Below are positions 1-11,900 of a stretch of 64,000 bases of DNA, piece by piece. Under the pieces are notes generated by a model that ran no database searches, had not been told where the DNA came from, and saw nothing but the letters and a program-made list of their open reading frames with translations. A program made the position numbers and the translations under genes. The stretch lies in the NCBI GenBank assembly GCA_028534125.1, contig CM052823.1, forward strand, positions 39,680,001 through 39,744,000. Direction: 5' to 3'. The stretch comes from Lama glama. Its lineage: Eukaryota. Every line of letters starts with the position of its first letter. Positions within the stretch are counted from its first letter, which is position 1.

Positions 1-1062
1 GCAGGGTCCCCTGGCTGAGCATTTCTTGCAACTTTCTAACTTAACTCTCCTAACAACCCGGGGAGGAAGGCACTGTCATCTCATTGCGTACCCTTGTTTT
101 CCTTTCTAGGAAGTAAAGTAAGTTCTATTACTAAGCTTTCCAAATGACCTTGGATTTTAGGATAAACTCAAACTGGCTACTTTCCCATCATACACAATGA
201 CCAAAGCCAGGGTAGTTTGTGATTTATGTTTACTTAGAAGGTTATTTAATTTAGCTCTTATCTGCCATAATTTGTATTTTCCTACTCTTTGAAGCTTTTA
301 TAGTTTTCTCTATCTAACTTCAAGAAGAAATGTCACAGCTGCAACACCTCTGATGTGACAATAAACTCAGCATCCTCGGATCGTCAGGATTCTCTCTTAT
401 CTTCCTTAACATTCCGTTTGCTTGCCAAAAAGCACCAGCATTAATTCTTAGAACTCACCAAGTCTACGTAGCATGTTGCACAAAGGATCACAGGCTTGCT
501 TGCTGTTCTCCTGTTTCCCTAAACTAATTACAACAGCTGTGGTGGCAGCAACAGCACACAAGAGGGTGGGGGTTGACTGATTGAGTCTCAAAATTGACTT
601 TAAAAATATGATTGGTGCATAAATCCACATGAATGTGATGAGTGTCAACCCAAAAGAGCAAAAGTCTCTTGTCCTTAGATGATTCAGTGCATTTCTGGTG
701 ATCTTATTAGTCACTAACTCTGATTTCTCGTGGACCCACTGGAGGAAATCCCCACAGCATGAGAGGCTTTGAGCCGGGTCTTTGGTATATATCCAGACAG
801 GATGGAAATGGGCGCGTTCAGGCTTAGCCAGACCATTTGTTCCTTAGGGCTTTTCCTTATTTTTTTGAACTTGTGTGTGGGATTATTCTCTTCAGAATGT
901 ATCGTAGACTAAAGTAGTGGATCGCTGGGATACCTGGAAGACTGACTGGAGCCCATCTTCTTTTCTAGCAGAGGAAACGCATGAGCTCTCTGGCTCTGAT
1001 GTTTCTGAACACCTCTTACTTGTGACCCTTAGCAGTTTGATTAAACTGCCTTTTTCTAAATA

Positions 1063-1213
1063 GATTTTTTTATTTTTATTTTTATTTTTAAAAAATTTGG
1101 GGGGGATAGGTAATTGGGTTTATTTATTTATTTTTAGAGGAGGTACTGGGGGTTGATCCCAGGGCCTTGTGTGTGCTAAGCATGTGCTCTATCACTTGAG
1201 TTATATCTTCCCC
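1063..1213 (-). mobile_element. Camelid tRNA-derived SINE (Vic-1-like)
   Basis: Reverse strand shows a tRNA-like head with A/B-box remnants and an A-rich tail; flanked by taaactgcc at 1042-1050 and 1219-1227 (TSD-like). Confidence 0.8.
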
Positions 1214-1444
1214 AAACCTAAACTGCCATCTTATTTTCCCCTTCACTTTGTTCTGCATTTGCTCAACATTTTTTAGACTTGGGCACTTCCATTTCTTCAA
1301 AATTTTTTGAAATTGATTCACCATTCTCTGTGAATTAGTTAATTGATCCATGTGACTAAACAGTGAAATGTCTCTAACAGTCTGTAGAGTAGTGATACTT
1401 CGGATGTGGGTTGACTATAGTGTGTTGGTTTTCTGACATAATGT

Positions 1445-1625
1445 AGATTTTCAGAGTGTGGGCTTTGGTGATAGTCCTGAATTCAGGTCCAAGATCTGCC
1501 AATTATTAGTTGTGCAACCTTAAGAGGATGAATTAATCTCTCTAAACCTGTTTTCTCCTCTGTAAAATTGGACATGATCACTGCCCTCACCTTGCAAGTT
1601 GTATTGAAGAACCTTAAGCCCTTGG
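1445..1625 (+). mobile_element. MIR SINE remnant
   Basis: tgggctttgg...ttagttgtgcaacc...ctctaaacctgttttctcctctgtaaaattgg resembles the MIR core. Confidence 0.7.
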
Positions 1626-2063
1626 CACATAACTAACTCTCAGACAAAAAGTAGTCATTATTGTTTAAATATTGGGCAAAAATCTGTAAGCATATGTTAT
1701 CTTGGGTTTTATAAAAGCAGAGGGAGGATAAAATATTCCCACAATTCCCTATTTGTGTTCAGATAACCAGATTTTAGATAAAACACGTGGGATTGAAGAA
1801 TAGATTTCTGATTTGAGGGTCTGGCATTCGATAGACAAATGGCCTTTGAGACCCATTGTCAGGTAAGAGGCAGTTTATATCAAAATTCCAGTATAATCAT
1901 TTTAGTTACCATGTAAGTCTGGTTCTATTTGGTTTCCTGCCAGTGAACACTTTGAATCTGGTCTTCTTGGTCTTTCAGTTTTAAAATAAATTGCTCACCT
2001 TTGTAGGAAAGTGGTAAATGAACTTTTGTTACAATGCACTGTTTTTCTTTAATAGAAGTTTAG

Positions 2064-2262
2064 TTTATTTACAACGTTGTGTTAGTTTCTGTGTAGGTAC
2101 AGCATGGTGATTCAGTTATATTTTTATATTCAGTATTCAGTTATATATTCAAATATATTCTTTTTCACTGTAGGTTGTTACAACATAGTGAGTGTAGTTC
2201 CCTGTGCTATACAGTAGGGCCTTGTTGTTTATCGATTTTATATGAAGTAGTGTGTTTCTGAT
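2064..2262 (-). mobile_element. L1 3'-end fragment (cetartiodactyl type), antisense to NID2
   Basis: tacaacgttgtgttagtttctg...tagttccctgtgctatacagtagg..ttgttgtttat is the reverse complement of the L1 3'UTR seen at 33723-34051. Confidence 0.85.
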
Positions 2263-2283
2263 ACAAATGATCTTTTTATTTAG

Positions 2284-2987
2284 ACACAGCAACCTGGGGA
2301 TTCCTGGAGTGTGGGCTTTTCACATTGGCAGTACCTCCGGGTTGGACAATGTCAGGCCAGCGACAGTTGGAGGAGACCTTTCCAAAACCCACCCATCGGC
2401 TCCCCTGGGACATTCCTTCAGCCATGCTGCAGCCCTGGAAGGTGACTACACTGAGGACAATTTGGATTATTATGATGAGAATGAGGAGGAAGTCGAATAC
2501 CCGCCTGGTGAACCAGAGGAGGCATCAAATGGCCACAGCACAATGGATGTGTCCTTCCACTCGAAAGCTGATTCGAGGCAGTTGGGAGGTGGGATCTCTC
2601 CTCCAGATTCTGACCTGGCCTCCTCTTTGCCACATCCGACATCTAGTGATGGGTATGACACTGAATCTGCCACCTTGGACCCTCAAACCAAAGAGAGGAG
2701 ACCCCATGGGGACATAGATGCCCCAGATTTAAAAGGCCGAGCTGAGTCTTCTGAACAGCCAGTGACCCCTGCTCCACCAGAGACAGGAGATTCACTGGGT
2801 CCTTCCCGGGAAGTCTCCCCTCCCTACCCAGCCGGAGGGGCACTGCCCGCAGAGACGCAAGTTCCTCCAGCCCATCCTGGAAGAGAGGCGGTTCTTCCAA
2901 ATTACCCTGGGCTGGATCACGCTCCGCCACCCGGTCGGGGGAGGCAGGTGGTCGGGGTAGAGGACGACATCAGTTCCAACACTGAGG
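2284..2987 (+). CDS. NID2: NID2 exon, human exons 4+5 as one 704-nt exon (end of G1/NIDO and acidic Pro-rich link region)
   Basis: Acceptor tctttttatttag|A CAC AGC AAC; donor GAG G|gtaagt. Lies in ORF 2252..3001 ([16 protein letters not shown]...DISSNTE). Confidence 0.93.
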
Positions 2988-5900
2988 GTAAGTGGGTTTG
3001 AACACGGGGTGCTAAGAATCCATTTAAAAAATGCTGATTTTGCAGAGAGTTGAGACTATTCTCAAGCGAGTAGATGGAAAGTGTAGCAAAAAGAAGATTG
3101 GGACGGATTTTTAAACCCGCAATTCAGGAGATAGAGCCTTTCCTTGGCCAAAGAAATCTTGGCAGGCAAATTCTGTTCGGAATTTCTTGACCATGAATAA
3201 TGTTTTTTTTGATTTAAAAAAAAAAAACCGGGCCTCACAGAGCACGTGGGGAAGAACTGGGTTGCTCGTGCCAGCTGCGCTCTCAAGTGTAATGAAGAAT
3301 TTCAGCTGGAAAGTTCAGCAAAGGTAAAACGTTCCGGGGCTTCATATGCATCTCGGTGCTGGAGGGCTGCAGGCTGTAGCTGGAAGTGGCGAGTCGTGCT
3401 GGCTCGGAGGAACATTCCAGAGCCTTCCTCTGTGACGGGGCAGCCCTGGCGCTCGCCCGGTCTCCGCTAGAGACGTGGCGGTGGTGTGTGGGAGAGGGGG
3501 CCCCTGGGGAGGGGACACGGACAAGCACCTGTGTCTTGTCGTTTCTGGTTCACGGCTGTGCAGCTGTGGTATTCAGCTCCCCGGAGCCTTGCCCTCATTT
3601 TCATGACTCACTGACCGCAGCGAGAGGCCAGGAGAGAGAAGCCCAGGGGAGGCGGCCGTTAATTAACACGGACACGGAGCCCATGTCACCTTCCCTTCCC
3701 CGCTGAGACTTGCCAGGTCAGCTCTTTCTTCCCAGTCAGGGGTGTACACCTGAATGGGGAACTGACCACAGATTCATCCCATTTGTTCCAGGGCCTGCTC
3801 ATCTGACCTCTGACAGGAGGGAAGAGGTCAGAGGTGAAAGCGTTCTTCAGGACCTTTTTAATTATTTTTTTCACCTTTTCTGTTTCCCATGGCTTTTGTG
3901 GTGAAAACACGTTGACCCAGCAAGGGCCTTGCGGGTGGTTCTGCTGTGGCACCGGCCCGTAAGACTTCGCTGCCTTCAGGAGGGATGAGACTGTGTTGTG
4001 TGATGCCGGGGGGAGAGCACTGGTGTCAGATTTGGGTTTGAATCCTGGCTGTCCCGCTGGCTGGGTGACACTTTCTGTAGCCCAAGCCTCTGATTTCTGC
4101 TAAATTTGTTGAGAGGATTAAAAGAGATAATGAAGTTCTTAGGCTAGTGTCTGTAGAGTTGGATCTTAATAAACGGTGGCTGCAGTTACTAATTACAGAG
4201 GATTTAAAGCAGTGGGAACGGGGCACCAGAAATGAAGAATGGGCTTGTTAAGTAGCAGTGCCTTAATTTGTGCCTAAGGGCCACATTTCTGTCAAGTTGA
4301 AGATGTGAGTTTTATTGGAAGGCTTCAGAACCTTCTGGCAGTCTCCTGAGTTTTCAGCCTAAGTTCCCTATATCTAAGGAAAATTTGAAGCCAAGTCTCA
4401 GACACTTTGATCAAAGAGATTTTTGAAGTAAAGATGTGTCCCTAAGTGGTCTTTTCATTTGTGGGTTGCGATTTCCTGCCTTGGGAAGAGCCTGGAATAT
4501 TAAAAAGCCGATCCCTGGAGCGGTTTATTAAAGAGTTAAGAGGAAGGGGCTGCACACCCTGCTTTGCGCTGTGAGAGGCTGAGATAAGCTGGCTTGGCTG
4601 CAGGAGGTCCAGGGAACCGGCCAGAGTGCAGAACACAGGCGGCAGCTGTAACCCTTGCGGGGCATGAACTACATTTATCAGCTGCTGGTGATGTCTACCC
4701 CTGACATCTTGGGCATGGCAAAATGCATTTGAAACAGCTGGCTAATACAAGGAGCCATCAAAAGAAAAACTAACTAGTTTTCCAACCTTGAAGAAAAAAT
4801 AGCTAGCAGCCACCCTATTAGCAGAGAAGAAAAGCTTTACAACTTGAAAGCAGAGAGGGAAAATAGGAGAGCCTCTGGTTTCACCTCAGGATTTAGGAAG
4901 ACTCAGTGTCCACGGGGCATTTGTTCAGGAACCCTCTGCAGCTGCCAAAATCTGCGGATGCTCAAGCCCCTTAGTCAGCCCTCTGTATCCGTGGTTCTGC
5001 ATTCGTGGGTCCCCCAACCTCGGGTCATTTACATAGTGCAGCAACCACGTTTCCTTGAATCTGGGGATGTAGAACCCGCGGATACTGAGGGCCAGCTGTA
5101 TAGAACCACACAGTGGTAAATTCTTGGTTTTACTTGGCAGTGGTCTTTGTTTTCAAACAACACACTGGCGTCCCAGAGGTCCATCAGGCAAAAGTGGACT
5201 CCCTCCGGGAAAGCTGGTGGGTGGGGTGGCAGAGACTCACACCCCCATCGCCTGCTAATTGCCCAGCCCTGAGCCATCCTGCCCAGCGTTTTCTACCAAT
5301 GGAGTGAAGGAGTGTGGGTTTTGGTGTTTGGTGGTTGTAAGCTTCATTCCCAGGTCTGCTGTGTGGTTTGGGATAAGACATTTGCTCTGTCTGACTATCA
5401 TTTCCTCAGCTATAAGGTGGAAATAATGTAGACCTCATTAAAAAGTTGTGAGAATTAAAATTTGGCATGGAAGCACCATGCCCAATAAAATTTAGTGTCC
5501 CCCTTAAGCCTCATAGTTGTCATCGTGCTAAACCAAGAAATAAAGATTTATAGCTCCCCAAAATACCTCTCCCTTCTCTTTAAAATGCTTTTCCCCTTAG
5601 GGACTCTTTATAGACTTTTTGTTGAGAAATCTAGATTCTTTTTAGAGCATGTCCACACCAGGCAAGAATGTCCCGAGTACACTCTAGTTCTGGCCTCGAG
5701 CATATTACTTGCCCTGTGCTGTTTCCATAGGCCACAGAACCAGCAGTAAATTGGACGCACACACTTTCTCTGCCTCAGGGGTCTTGTTCCTCAAAGCAGC
5801 TCAGGAAGCTTGTTGTCCATGTGTGCCCTTCTCTGACCGGGGCACAAGTGGAAATTTTCACTAGTATTTATCGAGTGCCCTGTTGGACTCTAAGGGTGAG

Positions 5901-8900
5901 CTTTGCTTTGATTGCACAATTAATCTTCCGAATTGGTCTGTGAGGTAGGTGCTATTATCCTTCCCACAGTGCAGAGAAGGAAACTGAAGCCTGATTTGTC
6001 CGAGTACGAGGCAGTCCAGGACTGCCACAGAGCCACGGAAGGGTAGAGCAAGCTGTCAGGTAACACAGTGAAGGGCAGATCCACATGTGGTGCCCATCAG
6101 GGAAGTCTTCCTGGAGGAGGAGGGCCTGAGCCAGGCCGTGGGGTCAGAGTCTGAGTTTAGAGAGGGAGAAAGTGGGGCAATATTCTAGACAGAGGAGTGA
6201 CAAGGATGGAGTTACTGAGGTGGAAATGGAGAGAGAATGTGTGAGTGAGTTGAGGGGGTGGGCAGGAGAGGCAGGTCCAGCCGCCTAGGACTGGGGACCA
6301 CCAGTGTTGTGGGGCGCCGGAGTGAGCTTGATTCACAGGAGTCATGGATGGTCTGAAACCTGCCCAGCTGGTGTGATGAAGAGCTTAATTTGACCTCAGT
6401 CTGCCTGCTGAATTAGCCAGTGGGTAGGACAACTGCATTTCAGAAACCTCAGGCATTCTGACCCCATCGTGAGATCCTGTTGATTCTGTTTAGATGGCAA
6501 TTATGCTGGGAAAGCCCTGGGTGGGAGCAAGTATTCCCTTGTGGCTTCTGGTCCACTTCTACTTTTGGCCTTGGGAAAGCCTTCAGGAATACATTGCTCA
6601 AGCAGCTTCTACCCTGGGATGAACTCAAGCAGGCCCTGCTGCCCAGCACAGCCTTCCTGGCACACCTGCAGGTTGCTGAGGAGGGCCCCAGACCTGTGAA
6701 GACACCTGGATGGGAGAGGCTGCTAGGGTCATGATGGTGGCTGTAACCACACCGCCCACCTTAAAAAGAAACAACAGGGTCCTAATAACTGTTTGCCCAA
6801 CCAGCATCACTCTGTACCACACACATACACCAAAAACAAACAAACACAGCATCTCTCTGTACCACATACATACACCAACAAACAAACAAACAAACATGAA
6901 AACTGGAGGGAAAGCATACCACATTTTCCATTGTAAAGTTGGGTTTGTGGGTTTTCTTACTAGTCTGTCATTCTGAAAGGTGAGGAACCTTATAAAAACC
7001 TGTCATGCAGTGAAACTGTAGGTCCTTTTTCTCGAGGTGGCGGGAGAAGCTGTTAAAAGTAAAAGCCACTCCAGCAGCCGGGGGTTGGGGGGCGGCTGCA
7101 GCCCGGTACAGGAAGCCTCTGTCCCCGTTTGCACCATGAACCCGGTCTGCCTGGGGAGTCTGCCACCTTCCACAGGGCTGGGCCAGGGCTGAGGACGAGG
7201 GCTTAAGTGTTTCTGGAGAAATGAAGACGGAAGGAGGGATCCGAACCAGTGCAAAGGAGGAGTTCTCACGTGGGTGTGAGGAACCCCTGGTGAGGACCAG
7301 CCTCCAACACTTGGGCAGCGCCTGGGCCGCTCCTCCCTTCCGCAGCCCCACCCCACTTCCCTTTCTACAAGGATATGAGAAGGGTGGGAAAGCATTAAAT
7401 GGGAAAAAGAAGTGAGATTTTAAATCCTCACGTGAAGATGCCTTTAGCGACCATCGAACCTCAGCTTACAAAGCCGTCGCAGGCTGAGTTCACTGAAACC
7501 TGGCTGGCCTTTATCTCCCTGCTGGGCCCGAGATGCCAGCAGATGCGTCTCTGTCAGTCTCACCCTCTGTGACAGGAGCCACCAAGGCAGTATGTGGGTC
7601 CCTGGAGGGTCTGGAAGACAAACTGCCCCGGTGGGTAACATTCAGGAGAGAGGAATCCAGGGGATAAAAACAGTATCTCTCAAAGTGTGGCTCTCGTGCA
7701 CTGTGGCTGTTTCTCCCGTGTCTCTGGTTTAATTAAAATGCTGACTTCCATGCCTCCGCCACCTCCTGACCCAGAACCTGCCTTTTTAAACCAGGTCCCC
7801 TGGTAATTCTGACGCCCACCACATTTGAGTATTGCTGGTGTAATGGGAAAGAGTGTGGAATTTAGAGCCAGAAGATCATACAATCTTTGTGGGCCTCAGT
7901 TGTGTCATCTGTAAAGAAGGGCACTATCTCCTTACCAAAATAGGAAGAAGTGTGTGAGAACACATTCAAAACTGGGAGGGCAAGAGGCCCTGAAATGACC
8001 ACCGAGAAAGAAAAAGTGACACTTTGTTTCTGGATATGCTCATTACACATCTCATCCAGCTGGAATCCAGATGGATTCCTCACCTTCAAGGAGTCCAGCA
8101 TCTTTGAATCTACCTGCAACTCCCATAGGAATTTGAGAAGTCACATTGGCCAGTAGTCTGGCTTTTCTTGCTCAGACAGACACATGGGGGATCGCATTTC
8201 TAGGCTTCTCCTCCATCATCAGGGAAGGGACCTGCCTTCTGGTTTCCTCCACCAAAGGATCTTTACGTGCCCTGCTTGGGGATTTGGCCTAGGTGGGCCA
8301 TCAACCCGTTCTGCCTCTCGGCTGGCCAGGATTACTGTGAGAGCATTCCTTGAACTCTTCCCCTCCACCCCACCCAACTGCTGCTGCTTTCCCAGGAGCT
8401 GCTAATTGGTCAGATGAAGTTCATTAACTACATGCACAAGTGTTCTCGAGCTCAGAAATGGAACTTTTGCAAGTATCTTGAACGTTGTCATCAGTAGGAG
8501 GGAGAATCACCTGGGGAGTAAGTAGCACCAGCACAGACGCCTGGGACCCGCCCATTGAGAGAACAAGGTGCACGTTGAGAATTAGCATATTTAACAGGCA
8601 GCCCAGGTGATTCCAATGCTGTGGTTCCCAGAATCCACAGGGAGAAATGCAGTGCTCCCTCTGAGTGTCGAGGTCCCCATCAGAGCTGGGGTGGAACTTG
8701 CCTGCAGCCGCAAGGGTGTTACTAGAACTGTTCTCAAGCAAATCTTCTGTAAAGGGCAGCTCCACTCTTCAGCTCCTCACGCCAAGGAAGGAACATTCCT
8801 GTGCACCCCTCTCTTTCTTCCCTTTTCCTCCCCTCCATCCTCTCTCTCCCTTCCCTCTCGTCCATGTCTTCTCACCCTCCATCCAGTCCCTCAGCAAAGC

Positions 8901-11900
8901 CTGGCAGCTCCACCCTCCAAGTACCTGAAGGGCCTCCGTGTCTGGGCCCTTCTCAGCTTCTCCACCAGCACCTCCGACTACCAAGGCAGCGGCTCTTTCC
9001 TGAGGTTCCGTAAGTCAGATCTTGTTTTTCTTCCGCTCAAAACCCTCCAGCAGCTCCCCACCTCGCTCAGGCGAAGCCCAAACCCTTCCCGTGACCTGTG
9101 AGGCCTGCTGGTCGAGAGCTGGCCAGGGCTGCCTCTCCGCCTCTGTCTTCTCGCGGCCCCTGGTCTTCCCACAGGCCCGCCTGCCTGAGATGGTGTCCCT
9201 GTCCCCACTCGTCCTCCCCTCCTCCAGGCCTCTGCCCAGAGGGCCTCTTCTCCCAGTGCCCTCCCTGACTGTGTTATTTAAAAGAGCAAAGTCCCCTTCC
9301 CCCTCCAGCCCTCTTTTCCCTCCCAGATTTAAGTTTCTGCCCCACGCTCGACACCGTCCACCGCACTGAATAATTGACCTGTCTGTTGCCCACTGCCTGG
9401 ACAGGGGGGTGTCAGCTTCAGGACAGGCATTTTTGTCTGTTTTGTTTCCTGCTATATTCCAAATTCCTAGTCTGGTGCCAGGCCTACAGAGTGCTCAATA
9501 TTTGCTGAATTACTGGAAGAAGGAAAGTAAATTGCAACAGGCATTTGCTTTTCACTTGAGCTGACGCTGTGCTAAGTGTGCACACCTGAGTGGGAAGGCA
9601 GGCATGGAAGAGGGAGCCGGTGTTTCTCTGACTCGGAGGAGTGAACCCACCTTTCCCCAGTGTGGTTCCATCCTGAGAATGCTGCTTTACACACACAGAC
9701 TTCACACCCTCACACTGTTTAAAAGGATCTCCAGGCCAGCTTACCAATAACTAGCCCACTGTAATTATAGTTTGAGTCTCTTAATAGCCTTGCATAGGGG
9801 CCTAACCATCATTTTTTTTTTGTTAGAAAAATGCAGTCATGCCCATGAGCTTAGAAGCTTTGGCACAGCTGCATTTGTAAGTTGCCGGCTGCACTGCTGC
9901 GCCTCTCTTTTTACCCGGACAAAAGCCAGGCCCCCCCGTGCTATTTTAGTGAAATTAACCCAGCGCTCCCCATCAGCAGTCCTCCTCCGTCCCACCTCTC
10001 CCTGTTTCATAAGCCACTCTTAGAAGAATTGAGCTGAGGAACAAGTCTTCACAAAATAACAAACAGAACACAATACAAACCCATCATTTTCTTAATTTGG
10101 GGGCAGAGCGGTGTTAGAGTTTGGCTTTTTACTTGAATTTCCTGAAAATGACTACCCTTTAGTCCTGCATCAGATCACCTTTTTACCCTGGTGCTCAGAA
10201 GTATGTTAAGGAACAACATGGTTGCTGGCGTTGAGGTGTGAGAGGGGGTGTCACCCTGATTCTGAAGAGGAGGAAGCAGGTGTGGTGCATTTCTGTGGTG
10301 TCCGCAGAGCCACCCGAGCCCCGGCGCTGCTGAGTGTCAGTGCTTGGGACGCTGTGCTGCCCTGGTTCCCTGTGTTCTGGAGGGAGGGTCCCGATGGCAG
10401 TCGATGCCGTGACCACGCTCAGTGTGCCAGTCCCTGCAGGGGCTGCTGTTTTACCCTTAGTTGTGACTTTCTGAGCTGGAGTAACCCAAAACTTTCACAA
10501 GTTACCTTTATTTCTTTTAACTCAAACTGGGTCCCCCCTGCCTTTCTTAAACCAGTGATAGAGAGTGATATACAGATTTCCTCACAGCCAACTTAGATTT
10601 ATCATTATCCATTTCTGGTTTTTTTTTTCCTGCCTTGAGTTTTATGTCACTTTCCTGTTTAAAAACGTTAAGGGTGAGGCCTAACTTTCTATTTTTATCA
10701 AACTGGAATTTCTCAGCCATGTCATCAAGGCTCTATACCAAATCTTGAGTCACTGACTTTATTCTCATTATGTCCCTGGTCAGATATTCCACTTGAGTCA
10801 AGACTGTCTGTCCTGCCAACCCTCAGCTCCTGGGGCTTTCTCAAGAATCCGTGAGCAGCACTTCTGTCCAAAAGTGAATGCCACCGTTGCTGTTCTCAAT
10901 TCTTCTTACCTGTGCTTTTTTGTCAGCTATGATAGCCACCCGGGCAATCTCTGCTATCTTCTACCATCAAGCCTGATTTGAAAAGCATGACTCAAGCTTT
11001 TCTTGCTGAAGCCTGTGCTGATTAACCCCAGTCACCTGATCACATCCTTTAGCTTTCATGGTAGATGTCCCTGGGCTCTGCTGGATGGTGGTTGAGTGCA
11101 GCTGTTAAGAATCTGGAGCCAGAGTTCTGGGTTCAAATCCCACCTCCACCACCTACAGCCCGTGTGACTTCAGGATGGTCACTTTTATCTGTGCCTCTGG
11201 TCGTGTCCCTGCAACACAGGAATAAAAACAGCCCCTATTCTTGTACAAATTGAAAGAATTCATAAAGTTCATAGAAAAGGATCTGCCGTGTATTAAGCAC
11301 TTAAATGTTAAATTTGTTACGTTCTTACTTGCTGATGCAAGGCTTTATGCTGGCTACATTATTACTTCTGTGGTGCTACATCTTCCCCCACTGGTTTGCT
11401 TTCTGTTCTCCCCTGGAATAGTGGGTGAGTATTGGTCTTTCCATTTCTTCCTCCCCCCTCCCATTTCCTCCTTTTCAGTCCTTGATGTGGAACGCACCTG
11501 CTACCTAGTTTTTTTCTGAGAGCAGGTATCTCTCTCGGGAGCTTGCACCTCACTGCAGCCTTGGGGCCTAGCGCTAGATTTCTGTGCCATCCCAGCTTGT
11601 CACTGTGCCCCTGGAGTCTCCACCCAACTGCTTCTGGGGATGCTGGGCCACAGGTGTGCACAGCTGCTTTGCCTCCTGGTGGCCATGCTTGGGATTGACA
11701 TCGCCCTGGGTGTCCTCTCTTGTCCATCAGCACCCCCCTGCCACACTCCACCCCTCTTGGCCATTCTCTTTAGGGACAATGGCATCTGCTCCAATTTCTC
11801 TGTTTCTTGGTAGCACAAATGACTTTCTCTCTTTAATGGGCAGAATAAGTGGGAGACGGAAGGAGCATGAAACTTACCCTGGTCCACATGGCTTCCTAGA

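Noticed and set aside
331-360. 7-bp inverted repeat tgtcaca...tgtgaca with nearby CAGCTG and TAATTA motifs
   Set aside because: Short motifs of this kind are expected by chance in 64 kb; no independent support for an enhancer.
448-714. 88-aa minus-strand ORF
   Set aside because: Non-ATG start, no recognisable family, no splice context; lies in a NID2 intron, consistent with a chance ORF.
2282-2289. Tandem acceptor tag|acacag at the exon 4 start
   Set aside because: Both are in the same phase, but the first AG restores the exon length expected from the recalled human exon; no evidence for the second.
8607-9369. Several overlapping 70-164-aa ORFs in a CT-rich/GC-rich stretch
   Set aside because: Low-complexity S/P/L-rich translations in multiple frames reflect stop-poor base composition, not a gene.
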